From positions 4,132,046-4,169,513 of the forward strand of contig NC_068992.1 in assembly GCF_001194135.2 (NCBI RefSeq): a stretch of DNA of 37,468 nt, given 5' to 3'. Below the pieces are notes generated by a model. The model made no database searches. It had not been told where the DNA came from and saw nothing but the letters and a program-made list of their open reading frames with translations. This DNA comes from Octopus bimaculoides. Its lineage: Eukaryota. Made by a program: the position numbers and the translations under genes. Shown one piece after another: positions 35,178-37,468 of this stretch (position 1 is its first letter; each line of letters begins with the position of its first letter).

Positions 35178-36049
35178 TGTGTGTGTGTGTGTGTTAGTGT
35201 GTCCATATGTGGTATATGTGGCTTTTTAGTAGTAATGAGAATGGTTGTATCACTGTTCATGTTAATATTTATACTAGTGTATACAATTATAAACACAAAC
35301 ACATAAATATTTGTGAGTGCGTGTGTTTATATATATACATGTGCATGTGTATATATGCGTATATAGAAATATGTATATATATATATATATATATCTATAA
35401 ATGTCTGTAGATAGTAAATATCCATCTATCTATATCTATATAATTTTCCATATTAATATAAATATATATTATGTATGCATGTATGTATATATATACACAG
35501 ATATCTAGAGAGAGATTCATAGACAAATAGATATAGATATATACGTGTTTGTGTGTGTAGCCGTATTCTTTTATCTATATTTGCGCGTGAATCTGATCAC
35601 GTTTGTTGTAGATGTTATTTATTGTTTCAATACTCCGTAATAAAGACAGATAACAGAATTTAGAAATGATTCAAAAAATTCCAAAAGTCTGTTATCTATC
35701 CAGGTGACAGAATATTAATTTAATAAACAACTGCAAAGAAAAGAACAGAAACAAAACATTAACTGTGCTTGTGCAAATATATATATATAAATACATATAT
35801 ATACATATATATACATGTATATATTTTAAAGCATTTCCATGCAAATTCAATATATTGGACACACATGAACACACTCACGCGCACACAAGCACACCCACCC
35901 ACATATATATCATTGTATCGAAGAGGCAATTGAATGTTGTTATACAACGCTGACCATAATGCGTTTCTTCCCATACTTGTAATGTTCCGGCTAGCTAATG
36001 CTGATGGACTAACATCATCCCTGAAAGGAATGCCTGTCTGTAAATCGCA

Positions 36050-36203
36050 GAGTTACCAATTTACATCTGAATGGTGGGCAACCACGTGAAATCAAATGTT
36101 TTGCTCCAAAAACACAACGTACCGACAGTCTGTGAATTGAAACTGCGACATTGCTATCGTGTGGGCAAGAACAACCTTTATCTCTTGGCCACGCACCTTC
36201 ACG
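36050..36203 (-). mobile_element. SINE family C (tRNA-like head), degenerate
   Basis: caaccacgtgaaatcaaatgttttgctccaaaaacacaacg...gaattgaaac...ggccacgcaccttcac; the minus strand starts GTGAAGGTGCGTGGCC. Confidence 0.6.
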
Positions 36204-36238
36204 CACACGTGTAAGTGCGTTTCTATATAAACATACAC

Positions 36239-36311
<73 letters not shown>

Positions 36312-36917
36312 CATATACATATACACAAGCCTTGTTTTACCTTTCTGCGTGGCATTTAGCGTTCGTTGAAGTTAATTTTCATATTTTATTAACAATCCAA
36401 AAATGAATTATTTTTCTTCTTTATTGAGCACTTAGCTAAACATTACGCGAATAAATGTTGTTATATTTACCAAATATATCAATGGCTACCATATAATAAC
36501 CGCTGCCTCTTTGTTACCTTTTAGTACTGAATTCTAAAGATCAAGAATGTTAAATGCAAAAACTTATACATAGGGTGGAAGCATTTGAGGTTTTACGATG
36601 TTTTTACTTGCCGAGATAAATGTTTGTATGTATAATTAACCTACATCTCTATATTAGGAACGTTGATGAATGTCCGGAGAAATACCGAACTTGTATGTTT
36701 ATTTTAACACACTTACACACACGTACATACACGAACACATACATACACATACACACATATATAAGCAATATTTTCTACATGTACATACATATACAAATGC
36801 TTACACACACATGCATGCATAGGCGCACACACAAACACACACAAACACACACACGAGTGCAGTTGTATATAGCATGCAAATGACTTGATTTATTCTTTAC
36901 GTGCCATTTCCTTGGAA

Positions 36918-36947
36918 CTATGTGTGTGTGTGTATATATACACACAC

Positions 36948-37031
<84 letters not shown>

Positions 37032-37120
37032 GTGTGTGCATGCATATATATATATATGTGTGTATGTGTGTGTGTGTGTGTGCGCGTATATACATATATA
37101 TATATATATATATACGCACA
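36918..37120. repeat. (TG)n/(TA)n compound microsatellite; (GA)n follows at about 37398-37468
   Basis: Read directly from the sequence. Confidence 0.95.
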
Positions 37121-37395
37121 CATCTGAGACTGAATAATAGTGAAATGGCACAGACTGGGGAGTAGGATTACAGATTAGAAAATCTATGTCTGGAGAAAAC
37201 AGAAAAAAAGACAAGGGGTTGCAGACACTTAATGGAAGAGCAGACAGTTTGAGTAGGAATAGAAATAAATTTGAGGTGTAGGGTGAGTTGAAAGAAGTGC
37301 AGAGATGTGGACACAATCAGAGAGTAACGGAAGTTATATAGTTAGAGATTGTTAGAGAAGAGTGGTAGCAGAAAATTTGAAGAGAGAATAGAGGA

Positions 37396-37468
<73 letters not shown>

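Overview
AT-rich, repeat-dense eukaryotic DNA from a draft assembly, with 14 N-gaps totalling about 5.4 kb, most of them abutting microsatellites. The recurrent SINE families match my recollection of Octopus repeats, so the source is probably an octopod cephalopod (inference). I cannot support any intact cellular gene: nearly all long ORFs in the track are artefacts of N-gaps or simple repeats. The window looks intronic or intergenic. It contains many copies of three tRNA-type SINE families (labels A, B and C are mine), a decayed RLE-type (R4/Dong-like) LINE, an RTE-like endonuclease remnant, a Tc1 remnant, an internally deleted maT/DD37D-like element, a fold-back MITE, and abundant microsatellites. 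The most interesting unexplained items are: (1) a near-canonical type I hammerhead ribozyme motif at 1140-1191, plus a more decayed one at 22611-22670; (2) a cryptic, highly diverged tandem repeat of three ~325-bp units at about 7290-8185; (3) a mariner rearranged by microhomology so that both ends derive from its 3' end (18112-18507); and (4) several isolated hairpins and weak micro-exon candidates. All alignments and counts were done by hand.
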